This document shows positions 1-12,200 of a stretch of DNA of 64,000 nt, piece after piece. Both the position numbers and the translations under genes were made by a program. How positions within the stretch are numbered: the stretch's first letter is position 1; the number at the start of each line of letters is the position of its first letter. Origin of the DNA: Octopus bimaculoides. Lineage: Eukaryota. The stretch is from contig NC_068984.1 of NCBI RefSeq assembly GCF_001194135.2, positions 125,933,636-125,997,635 of the forward strand. Direction: 5' to 3'. The notes below the pieces were generated by a model. That model had not been told where the DNA came from. It saw only the letters and a list, made by a program, of their open reading frames with translations, and searched no databases.

Positions 1-59
1 ATATATAGTACTCATAGTACTATTGCACCTGAAAAAAAAAAATTTCCATCAATGATGAA

Positions 60-314
60 ATTGAGAAAGAGTAAAAGGAAATCTGAAATCCGCACCAATT
101 AGAGACGTACGAGTGAGGGAAACGTCTGAGAGTTGTCTTCGCTGCAGCAGTTTAACATAATAATCATTTGATTTTCCCCTCTATACAAGTATGCGTATGT
201 GCGTGTGTACATGTGGTTATGTGTCACAGGCAGATAAAGAGTGAGTTAATGATATAGAAAAGGGTAAAAAAATTAGACTGTGTGCCTGTCACATGGAAGG
301 AGGCGGTGCTGAAG
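60..314 (+). promoter_or_regulatory. Probable WASHC4 proximal promoter / 5' UTR
   Basis: Directly upstream of the ATG; locally CpG-richer than the introns; CCAAT at 95-99; YY1-like AAGATGGC overlapping the start codon; TSS not determinable. Confidence 0.35.
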
Positions 315-369
315 ATGGCTAAAGACAATAATGGATGGGAATTCGATAAATTTGACGACGGTTCTCTCA
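315..369 (+). CDS. WASHC4: WASHC4 visible exon 1 (start codon)
   Basis: [18 protein letters not shown](K); ATG in strong context AAGATGG; donor gtgagt at 370; phase 1; in-frame TAG upstream at 255-257. Confidence 0.92.
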
Positions 370-2028
370 GTGAGTATGCTTTATAGTTTGTGAAATAAAC
401 ATCTTTGGCTGGAATCACGTCTCGGGACCATTCATCGGAGTTATTGGTTTGCAGATCATACAATGTTTACTTGACATGAACTCATCCACGTATCCACCCA
501 TCGAGTAGATTATATGCATTTACAATGTGAAGCACCTTCCCATTATGTGTGTATCTGTGTGTGTGTGTGTGTGTGTGTGGCTGTTGCAATCTGGTTCGCT
601 CGAAGGGTACTGTTTACCTTTTACGTTGCTAATTCTGTAATTTTGTTGTTTAGCCAATTAGTTCCAATAATCAACCCTGATCGAGCAGACCGATGATCAA
701 AATCATTATAGTCGAAATCATCTCGTCATTTTTTAATATCTAACAATACACTTATTCAACGTGTACTTTCATTTTAAAAGAAGGCAGGATGTGATTTGAT
801 ATAGAATTACCAGCTGTTTCTAGCAGGTCAAGCGACTATTTATAGGCTCCCTTAATGGTTTGGATGAGCTCCCTTAATGGTTTGGATGAGCCGTTAGCCC
901 CACAACATTCCTCCTATTCTCTTTCGTGAATGTAAATAAAGAGCATCGTTCCTATACCACTGTCTACCTTTTCACTTCCTTTTCCTGTGGCTCTCTAAAA
1001 GCTATATCAGACGTGCATAGAGGAGTGAAATTCACTCAATGGTACTTCGTCCCATTATGATACTTAAACCATGTTCATAAGTGAAAGCTATCATCAGTAA
1101 CGTTATCATTATGTAACACCGATGACAACTAAGAGCCCTACTTTCAAACCAGAGTTGGAACGTTTCTTGTGCCATTGTCGTTCTGTCCCTTTACGTTCAA
1201 ATCCTGCCAGTTTTACATCCATTCGATTGTAATAAAATAACTCTGGCAATCCCTGTCTTTCCAGTGCGAAACAGAAAAATGTTCATAAATAATTGACGGT
1301 CCGATGCATTTTGGGTTTTATGCAAGTTGCTGAAGTATATGCAGTAATATTCAATCAAATTTAATGTAATTTATTGCACATATTATTGGTTAGGGTTTGT
1401 TATGACTGAAATGCTTATATTGAAACTATTCGGAAAAACAAATAAATACACAATCTTGGAAAACAGTTGAGTTGGTCATGGTAGGAAAACTGTCATTAGT
1501 TTAAAGTCTTTTGTACATAATCCATTTTTAGCACATGCAAGTATCAAACTGAATCAGACTAAACAAAACTATTGTTTTGGGGGGGAAAAGAATTACGTTT
1601 CAGACCATAAAGTCCAAAACTATCTATCAATACCAGTTATCTACTAGGGTTTGATATTTGTCTCGGGGCCTATGATCTACTGGGGTTAGATAACTGTCTA
1701 TAGGGGGCCTATGATCGCTTTCACACTAAAGTGCTATGTGATAATCAATTTGCATCCCAACAATATGATTCTGGGTTCGGTCCTGCTGCGTGATCCCTTG
1801 TGCAAGTATCTGCTACTATAGACCCAAGCAAATTAAAGCCTTGAGAATGAATTTGGTAGATGGGAACTGAAGGCAACTTGACGTGCACACCCACACAGCA
1901 CATACACGGGGTGGGCCAATAGTCACACAAAATAAATTCAATATGCTCCGAAATTGTCAGAGACATGCTTCAGTTTTTCTAAAATTGAATAAAATAACGA
2001 CGAATGCACATGTACATGAACAACAAAA

Positions 2029-2084
<56 letters not shown>

Positions 2085-5000
2085 CCTTCCTACTATAGGC
2101 AGATGGCCTGAAATTTTGGGGACGGGGACCATTGATTACATCGACCTCAGTGCACAACTGGTACTTATTTTATCGACCCCAAAAGGATGAAAGGCAAATT
2201 CAACCTCGGCAGAATTTGGACTCTGAGGACGGACGAAATACCGCTAAGCATTTTACCCAGTGTGCTAACTATTCTACCAGCTCATTGCCTAATAACATAA
2301 TATAATGTTTTGGTACAAGACTTTTGGTCCACCCTGTGTATCATGTATGTGTGTGTCTTTGTGTGATGTTGGTCCCCCATCACTGCTTGAGAACCAGTTA
2401 TATCAGACATAATGTGATATTTGTTCCAGTTCTTTACATTCTGGGTTCAAATCACTTCAAGGTTCAACTTGCATTTCATTTTTCTAGGTTCATTAAAATA
2501 AATACTAGTCAAATACAGGGGTCGATATAATCAACTAGTTCCCTCCACCAAATATTAGTTATTAAGGCAATGGATTAGCGGAATCGTTAGGGAAATGGAC
2601 AAAAGACTTTACAGTATTTGTTCTGGAGGTGATGTGGCATGCTGACAGAATTGTTTACATGCTGGGCGAAATGCTTAGTGGCACTTCAGCCATCTTTAAT
2701 TTTTGAGTTCAAATTACACCAAGGTTGACTTTGTTTTTCATCCTTTCAGGATCAATAAAATAAGTACCAGTTGAACACTGGGGTCGATGTAATTTTGGGG
2801 GAGCTTATCCCCTCCCTCAAAATTGTTGGCTTTGTACCAAAATTTGAAATCATTAATATTATTGTTATTGTTACTAAGGCAGCAAGCAGGCAGTCGTTAC
2901 TATGTTGGGAAAATAGCTTACGGACCCGGATTTTCAAGGGCCGCTGAGAGCACACCGGACGCCGCCTGAGAAGCAGCACTCTACAGGCACCAATTCAAAT
3001 GCCACTGGGATTGACTTTACCTTTCAACTACAATCCTCCCCAACATGTTTGTATGGTCAAGAAGTTCACTTTACATGGATTTGGTTTCAATTCCATTGCA
3101 CTTCCTTAAGCAAATATCTTCTACTACAGACTGACCAGTGCTTTGTGTGTGAAAGTTTGTACTGGGAAACTGTACAAAAGCTTGTATATATTTCTTGGTC
3201 TGTAAATAAATACTTTATAGGTGTGGCTGTTTGGTTGAGAAGTTTGCTTCCCAACCACACGGTTTTGTGTTCAATCTCATTGCTTGGTATCTTGGGCAAG
3301 ATTCTTCTATAGCCTTGAGCTGACCAAAACTTTATGAGTGGATCTAGTTGATAGAAACTGAAAACTCATTGTATATATGTATATGTGTAAGTGTGTGTAT
3401 GCTAGTGTCCCCTTGTCTTTGACATTGCCTGATAGTTGTAAATGTAAACAGTCCCAATCGTTTCCAATGTTCTGTGGAAACATGTCTGGCTAAGGAGAAA
3501 TATTACCTTGCTTAAAAACAGATGAGGGTTGGTGACAGGAAGAACATAGAAAATCTACCTCAATAAACCCTATCTGATGCATCTGAGAAACTGGATTTTA
3601 AAATCATGATAATGACAATGATGATTTGCTCAACTAAAGGCGGTGCTCCAGCATGGCAGCAGTCAAATGACTGAAACAAGTAAAAGAATAAAAGAATATA
3701 TATATATATATATATATATATANNNNNNNNNNNNNNNNNNNNNNNNNNNNNNNNNNNNNNNNNNNNNNNNNNNNNNNNNNNNNNNNNNNNNNNNNNNNNN
3801 NNNNNNNNNNNNNNNNNNNNNNNNNNNNNNNNNNNNNNNNNNNNNNNNNNNNNNNNNNNNNNNNNNNNNNNNNNNNNNNNNNNNNNNNNNNNNNNNNNNN
3901 NNNNNNNNNNNNNNNNNNNNNNNNNNNNNNNNNNNNNNNNNNNNNNNNNNNNNNNNNNNNNNNNNNNNNNNNNNNNNNNNNNNNNNNNNNNNNNNNNNNN
4001 NNNNNNNNNNNNNNNNNNNNNNNNNNNNNNNNNNNNNNNNNNNNNNNNNNNNNNNNNNNNNNNNNNNNNNNNNNNNNNNNNNNNNNNNNNNNNNNNNNNN
4101 NNNNNNNNNNNNNNNNNNNNNNNNNNNNNNNNNNNNNNNNNNNNNNNNNNNNNNNNNNNNNNNNNNNNNNNNNNNNNNNNNNNNNNNNNNNNNNNNNNNN
4201 NNNNNNNNNNNNNNNNNNNNNNNNNNNNNNNNNNNNNNNNNNNNNNNNNNNNNNNNNNNNNNNNNNNNNNNNNNNNNNNNNNNNNNNNNNNNNNNNNNNN
4301 NNNNNNNNNNNNNNNNNNNNNNNNNNNNNNNNNNNNNNNNNNNNNNNNNNNNNNNNNNNNNNNNNNNNNNNNNNNNNNNNNNNNNNNNNNNNNNNNNNNN
4401 NNNNNNNNNNNNNNNNNNNNNNNNNNNNNNNNNNNNNNNNNNNNNNNNNNNNNNNNNNNNNNNNNNNNNNNNNNNNNNNNNNNNNNGAGCGTAGTGTTTT
4501 TATATATTCGTGTGTGTGTGTGTATATATATACATGTCTACATATACACAATTGCATTTTGTAAGGTATGTGTATATTGATGTATGTGTGTGTATACGGA
4601 TTTTGTATATATGCATATATAGTTTGTGTTTCCTTATGTAAGACACAAGCATATGTACACACTTGCACCTTGCATAATCTAGGTTTATGAAGGAGAATTT
4701 ATCTTGAGTGATAGACTTTGAATTCACATTCATGTGTCTCACTCTTCTTCAGTCTTGTTGCTAACAGCTGTATCTGACTGATAAATGACCAGTCAAGTGT
4801 TAACTTTCATCCAGTTTGTTCAGCATATTTCAGAAAGTGTGCTTTGTAATCACATGGTTCCGGGTTCAGTTGCATTGTGTGTTATCTTGGACTACTAGTG
4901 TCTTCTACTATAGCCCTTGTGTGTGGATTTGATAGATGGGAACTGAAAGAGGCCCATCACATACATATGTGTGTATTGTGTGTGTGTGTGTGTATTACTC

Positions 5001-6241
5001 TCTCCTTACCTTGATATCACATGAAAGTTGTAAACAAGTGTTCTTGGTTTCCAATATTCTGTGAAATTATGTCTGGACATGCGGAAATGTTACCTTACAT
5101 TTTGAAACAGATGAGATTTGGCAACAAGCAGAGTATCTGGACATAGAAAAATCTACCTCAACAAATGTTATGTCAGCATGGAAAAGTGGATGTTTAAACA
5201 ATGATGATGATGATGATGATGATAGCTTTCAACAATTGCATTGAAGATTAATCTAAGAATGAAGTAATGATACAAACATGGTTGTTGTTGTTGCTGTTAG
5301 TGGTGGTGGTGGTGGCGGCGGCGGCAGTTGGTTGGTTGGATTTAACCACTAATCAGACTTCATTGAACCTGTGATAGAATACATTACAGCTGTGACCAGG
5401 ACCACATTCATCAATATATCCATTTAAGTTAGTAAGGCATGTGATTGGGGAGTTTGCTTCCCAGCCACATGGTTACAGGTTCAGTCCTACTGCATGATAC
5501 CCCTTCTACTATAGACCTGGGCCGACCAAAGCCTTGTGAGCGGATTTGAATTCTATGTATATATCTGTGTGAGTGTGTGTATGTTTGTGTTTTGTTGTCT
5601 TGACATCACATCATAGTTGTAAATGAGAGTCACTGTCATGCAGCAGTGTCACTCGTTTCCAGTATTCTGTGGAAAGATGTCTGATGATGGGGAAGTCTTA
5701 CCTTACTTGAAACCAGGTGAGATTTGGTGGCAGAAAGGATATCCGGTCATAGAAAATCTCCCTCAAAAAAACTCCATCTGATACATACAAGTGACCTTTA
5801 AATGATGATGACAGTTTGTGTGTGTGTGTGTACATGTCTATATATATATGTATAGACATGTGTATATATATATATGTATGTATGTATATATATATATATA
5901 TGTGCGTGTGTGTGAATGTGTGTATGTATATATGTATGTATGTATATATATATGTGTTTATATATGTATGTCCATATATATGTATGTCCATATATATGTA
6001 TATATATGTGTGTGTGTGTGTGTATGTATATATGCGTGTGTGTGTATATGTATATAAGTATATTATGTATGTATATATATATATTATATATAATAAAGTG
6101 ATTGGTGTTAAGAAGGGCATTCAACCATAAAATCCATGCCAAAATAGACAGTGGAGCTTGATACAGTTTTCTGGCTTATCAGCCCCTGTCAAACCATCGA
6201 ACTTATACCAGCATGGAAGACGGACATTGAATGATGATGAC

Positions 6242-6274
<33 letters not shown>

Positions 6275-9200
6275 CATACACACACTTCCTGGAAGTCTTA
6301 TATACAAATGTATGTATATATGTATGTATGCATGCATGTATGTATGTCAAAAGGAAGTTTTATTTCAAACTTTATTGCAAGTTTTCACTTGTTACCTATA
6401 TTCACCTCATTTTGAAGTGCACCCCACCAAAATATTGCCACAGCCCACCAAGGGGACATGCAGTCTACCATATAGGAAACACTGGCCTCCAAATGGCGTA
6501 CCTAGCACAAGTGCCACCCCGGGTGGATGTTTATTTGGCCACCTCTTAAAAGTTCTAATAGCATTTCAAAATACCAAAAACGAAATAATACAGGTATATA
6601 TATGTATGCAAAATAAGAAGACAAACTGTAGCAACCATTTATGTCCCTTAACTTTACTTTTATTATGCTGATATGCAAAAAAATTATAGGAAAAAATATG
6701 TTAAAAAAGAGAAGATGAATGAATTACAAAAATAAACAATTTACAAATTGATTTTACATGCCTTTCTCTTCACAAAATCTTGAATGACCTCGTCAAAATT
6801 AATTTATCCACAAGGTCGTGCTCTATGGATAGTATTGCCAAATCAGTCAACCTTGTTTGACTTACTGTTGACTTATTGTTGAGGTGGTTCTTGATGAGCT
6901 TTAGTTTAGAAAAGGACTGTTCACAGCTAGCAACACTAATGGCACGAGTTAGGAAGACTCTTAAAAGTGTTACAATATTTGGCAGTGAATCAATAAGATT
7001 ATATTTCTGAATAAACTGAAGAACTTGCAAAGGCTTTGCTATGTCTTCAGCATCAGCCACCACCAAATAATTTTGCAGTCTAGAAAGTTTTCTCTCTTGA
7101 TATTCTCATCAAAAACATTTACATCCCAATTACATTCTTTATCTAACAAATTGGCTGGTGTGAGAAAGGTGTATTTCTTTGCAATATTGTGAAGTCTTTC
7201 ACTTACAGCCTTGACAGACTAAACAGTTTCCCATTATACATGTGTGTGTGTCTGTGTATATTTGTGGGTTAACAAGGCAACCAATGGTTTCATGTCAAGA
7301 GAGCTTCACAATTGTCCAAGTGTGTCATATGAATGTATTTATGTGTATGTATTTATATATATATATGCATACAGACATGCATACACACACACACACACAC
7401 ACACACACAACTGGCTACTTTCTGCTGTCTATTTCCATCTATTGAATCCACTCACTAGACTGGTTGGCCTTGGCTGTTTTACAAAACACATGCAAGACGC
7501 TATGCTGAGTTGTTGTTGAGCATCAGGCCTTCCCTGACAGAGCAGCTTTTAGCCCAAGGCATTCCAGCTCTGATCTTGCTGTCATTTTTTACAAACACAA
7601 TGTAACAAAAGGCAGTTGGCCACAATATCCAATATGTCTCATGTATTTTAAGATGCTGTTTCTAGCAGCAGAGTAATAATGTTTGTAGTATTTGCAGCAG
7701 CAGCAGTAGTAGTAGTAGTAGGAGGAGGAGGAGGAGGTGGATGGATGCGTGGGTTTGAGAAAAATATAAGTACCAACATGGTTGTGTGGTAAGTTTGCTT
7801 CCCAACATCATGGCTTCAGATTTAGTTCCATTGTGTGGCACATTGAAGACTATAGTCTCAGGCTGACCAAAATATCATGAGTAGATTTGGTAGACGCAAA
7901 CTGAAAAAGCTTGTAATGTGTGTGCGTGTGTGTGTGTCTCCTTCATTGGACACGAAACTCAGCTTGCGAAGACCTGTTGGGGCAAGCGAAAGTGAAATCG
8001 TGATGGCACCTGTGCCCAGCGTCACTTTTCTGGCACTTGTGCCCGCGGCATGTGTAAGGACTTTCGAGATCGTTGCCAGTGCCCCTGGACTGGCTCTTGT
8101 GCAAGTAGCACATAAAATACACCATTTTGAGCATGGCTGTTGCCAGTACCGCCTGACTGGCCTTCGTGCCGGTGGCACGTAAAAGCATCCACTACACTCT
8201 CGGAGTGGTTGGCGTTAGGAAGGGCATCCAGCTGTAGAAACTCTGCCAAATCAGATTGGAGCCTGGTGTAGCCATCTGGTTTCACCAGTCCTCAGTCAAA
8301 TCGTCCAACCCTTGCTAGCATGGAAAGCGGACGTTAAACGATGATGATGATGATGATCCAAGGATCCAGATATTGGAAGTTAGTAAGCTTCAAGCAGTCC
8401 ATACAAGGTGTAAAAAACAACTTTCAGGAAAAATAGTGGTTTATTGACATAGGAGGTTGTAAATTTTCCCCATATCGAAGTTTGATAAGCTGAAAAAAGT
8501 TATTTTATAGTTCACAGTTAGCATCTAGGATTTGCTATGTGTGTGTGTGTGTGTGTATATATATTTGTGTCTGTGTATGTATATATGTATGCTTGTTCAT
8601 ATGTATGTGTGTGTATTACGTTTTCCTTGTTGGTCATGTTGCATGAAAATTGCAGACGAGTGTCCTTTGTTTCCAGTCTTCTGCAAAAACATGTCAGGTC
8701 ATGGGGACATATTATCCTACTTGGAAACAAGTGAAGGTTGGTGACAAGAAGAGCATCCAGTTATAGAAAAATCTGCCTTAATAAACTCTGACTCATGCAA
8801 ACATGGAAAAGTGAATGTTAAAATGATGATGATGGTGGTGGTGGTGGTGGTGGTGGTGGTGGCGGTGATGGTGGCAGCTGCTGAGGCGGCGGCAGCAGTG
8901 GTGGTGATGATGATGATGATGTGTGACAAATGTTGTTAATTTTTCAGAGATTGTTGGTGAAGTCCAACTGAGAAAATATGGTAAATTTCTGGAAGAATAT
9001 TCCACCCAGCTGAAGGATATTGAAGATGCTCTTGATGATTGCATTGGAGATTCTTGGGATGCTACTCTTGACCCTATCAGTCTACAGGTAAGTTTGTATT
9101 GATGTTGTTATTGTTGGTATTGTTTCTATATAGCTGTGGTTGTCAACCCTGTCCAAGCAAAAAGAAACTTTGTGAAAGCTCATCTGGTCAAGTGTACATG

Positions 9201-12200
9201 TAATTGATAGGGCCTGCTGATTCTGCTTGAGGATCACATTTATGGTACAATTATCTATGGAATACTCGGCCAGTAACATTATGATTCAGTGGTTACATAG
9301 TTAAATTGATTGAACAATGTGAATACTTATCAAAACTAATGGAGGATCCCTTTATTTCTACTTTACTTTGCACAAATGGACAGCCATAAACACCCATGTC
9401 AAATATAGTGTAGATATTAGCTCATTCTCTCTGGCTGACAATAGGCTCCCCTCATACTTAAAACTTTTCTTGGTTTTCCTCTACCCCTATTACATGCATC
9501 CTTCACTGTCAGTGTACAGCACTCCTTACCTATTCGTGTCATATTCCAACACAGCTGTTCAGCTAAGATAAAATATAATGCTTAACGTAATTTCTTGCTT
9601 TTAATTATCTCCCTTGTCCACGTCTTTTTTTTTTTTTTTTGTAAAATTTTTTTATTACACAAAAATATATCCAAAATGTTTAGTATTGAGTAATGCAACG
9701 TTGCTAATTCTAAAAGGAATTTCTAGCATTAGCAACATGAAGTACATTTGGCTATAACAGAGTGACCAATGCTAGAATGGAAAAATGGACATAAAACAAA
9801 CAAATGAATGAATGAATTAATAATAATAATAATAATANNNNNNNNNNNNNNNNNNNNNNNNNNNNNNNNNNNNNNNNNNNNNNNNNNNNNNNNNNNNNNN
9901 NNNNNNNNNNNNNNNNNNNNNNNNNNNNNNNNNNNNNNNNNNNNNNNNNNNNNNNNNNNNNNNNNNNNNNNNNNNNNNNNNNNNNNNNNNNNNNNNNNNN
10001 NNNNNNNNNNNNNNNNNNNNNNNNNNNNNNNNNNNNNNNNNNNNNNNNNNNNNNNNNNNNNNNNNNNNNNNNNNNNNNNNNNNNNNNNNNNNNNNNNNNN
10101 NNNNNNNNNNNNNNNNNNNNNNNNNNNNNNNNNNNNNNNNNNNNNNNNNNNNNNNNNNNNNNNNNNNNNNNNNNNNNNNNNNNNNNNNNNNNNNNNNNNN
10201 NNNNNNNNNNNNNNNNNNNNNNNNNNCTGTTTCTGTTGTGCCTGTAATTCAAAGGCCAGCCTTGTCGCACTGTGTCACGCTGAATATCCCCGAGAACTAC
10301 GTTAAGGGTACGCGTGTCTGTGGAGTGCTCAGCCACTTGCGCGTTAATTTCACGAGCAGCCTGTTCCGTTGATCGGATCGACTGGAACCCTCGACGTCAT
10401 AAGCGATGGAGTGCCAACAACAACACAACATATATAACATGGATTAAGAGTCAGTTTTACGAATTTAGGTGTGAGGGAACAATTTTAGGAATTAGATCAT
10501 CAGTAATGGTTTTAAAGACAATGTTCTAGCATTTAGTTTCTAATTAATAATTCTTTTAGGATAAAGGTTCTGGTAATAGTTTTAGTGAGTTAGATGATAT
10601 GGAACAGTTTTAGGGGATTTAAATGATACGAAGCAGTTTTAAGGATAAGGTCATTGGTAATTTTTTTAGGGAAGGGTTTCTGGAATAATTTTAGAGGTTA
10701 GGTGATATGGAATGTTTTTAAGACATTTAGGTAAAACAAAATAATTTTAAGGGTTTGGCTATTTAGTAATTCTTTCTGGGAAGAGTTTCTGGAGAATAGT
10801 TTCAAGTGTTAGTTGATATTGAACAGATTTAGGACTTTTAGCTGCAACAAAACATTTTTATCAGTTGGGCCATGAGTAATTCTTTTAAGGAAGGGGTTCT
10901 GGGGAATAATTTTAGGAGTTAAGTCATTGGTAATTCTTTTAGGGAAAGATTTGGGGAATAGTTCTAGAGGTGAGATTCTCAAAAATAGTTTTGGGCGTAA
11001 TGGTATGGCAGAATCGTTAGCACGCCTGGCGAAATTCTTAGCGGCATTTCGTCTGCCGTAACGTTCTGAGTTCAAATGCCGCCGAGGTCGACTTTGCCTT
11101 TCATCCTTTCGGGGTCGATAAATTAAGTACCAGTTACGCACTGGGGTCGATGTAATCGACTTAATCCGTTCGTCTGTTCTTGTTTGTTCCCTCTATGTTT
11201 AGCCCCTTGTGGGCAATAACGAAATAGGTATGGAACAGTTTTAGAGTATTTAGGAAAACAAGGAGAAGTTTTCGGTGTTAAGTTATTATTGATGTTTTAG
11301 GAGTTAGGTGATAGGGAATAGTTTTAGGAAGTTAAAACATCATAAATAACTTTAAAGGTTATGTTCTGAGGAATAGTTTTAGGGATCAGAATATTGCTAA
11401 CAACTTTAGGAGGTAGATCATCGGGTGTTGTTTTAGGGTTTAGGCCTTAGGTAAATGTTTCAGGAGCCTTAAGCATCCTTGTGATTGTAAGTAAGCATTT
11501 AAAAATTAAAGGTGCTGCCCCCAAAACATAAACACTTGCCTGCCATATATGACCTGTGTTCTAGCAGTCTCGTTTTATCTGTTGACTAAATTATTTCATG
11601 TGTATCACCATTTACCCATATTTGTTGTTGTGATATTGTCAAAATATAACGAACTCTAACTTCATCCCTTGCAGATGTTGTCAGCACCCATCCTGAATGT
11701 GAATCTCAGATACAGATGGGTAGAATGATGCCGTTGCTACAGGTAACCTTTTCTTAAGAATTTTGTCATTTATGTTTCTTTTTTTCAGTAAGTCTAAATG
11801 TTACTATGACAACAGTTTACATAAATACACTCTCACCATCACTGGGGGCAGGGAACCCATGTAGCAGATCATTTGAGTGACTGATTTAACCCTTTAGTAT
11901 TCAGATTGCTCTAGCAAATGTAATGCTTATTCTTTTATTCCTCTATTTGTTTTAGTCATTTGAATGTGGCCATGCTAGAGCACCACCTTAAAGAAATCAA
12001 CCCCAGGACTTATTTATTTTTTATAAGCCTAGTACTTGCTCTATTGGTCTCTTTTGTTTGACTGCTAAGTTAAGGGCATGTAAACACACTAACATTGGTT
12101 GTCATGTGATGGTGGGGGGGGGGGATAAACACATACACATAAATATATACATATATTATATATATATATATATATATATGGAAGGGCATCCAGCTGTAGA

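Noticed and set aside
241-246. Donor-like AGA|gtgagt upstream of the ATG
   Set aside because: The only AG acceptors between it and the start region would give introns of about 75 nt or less (the nearest 36 nt) with no polypyrimidine tract; no support for a non-coding exon.
224-463. Minus-strand 79-aa ORF over exon 1
   Set aside because: Antisense to the real WASHC4 first exon; no recognisable homology.
2915-2995. Short CpG-dense patch inside a SINE remnant
   Set aside because: Too short; no convincing ORF, structure or second copy.
3634-4668. Long ORFs spanning N runs (also at 9.8, 17.3, 26, 31.2, 36.5 and 62 kb)
   Set aside because: Artefacts of translating gaps as X.
5698-6142. Y/I/H/T- or C/V/Y/M-rich ORFs (also poly-L, poly-I, poly-H, ER-rich ORFs elsewhere)
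   Set aside because: Translations of microsatellites.
7960-8190. Repeat-spacer-like ~60-bp subrepeats in the RTE 3' UTR (CRISPR-like look)
   Set aside because: Whole units are degenerate tandem copies with no unique spacers; eukaryotic retroelement context, no cas genes.
7877-8285. Recurrent ORFs such as [37 protein letters not shown] (8.0, 36.4, 54.8, 60.6, 61.7 kb)
   Set aside because: Antisense reading of the RTE 3' UTR; recurrence reflects the repeat, not a gene family.
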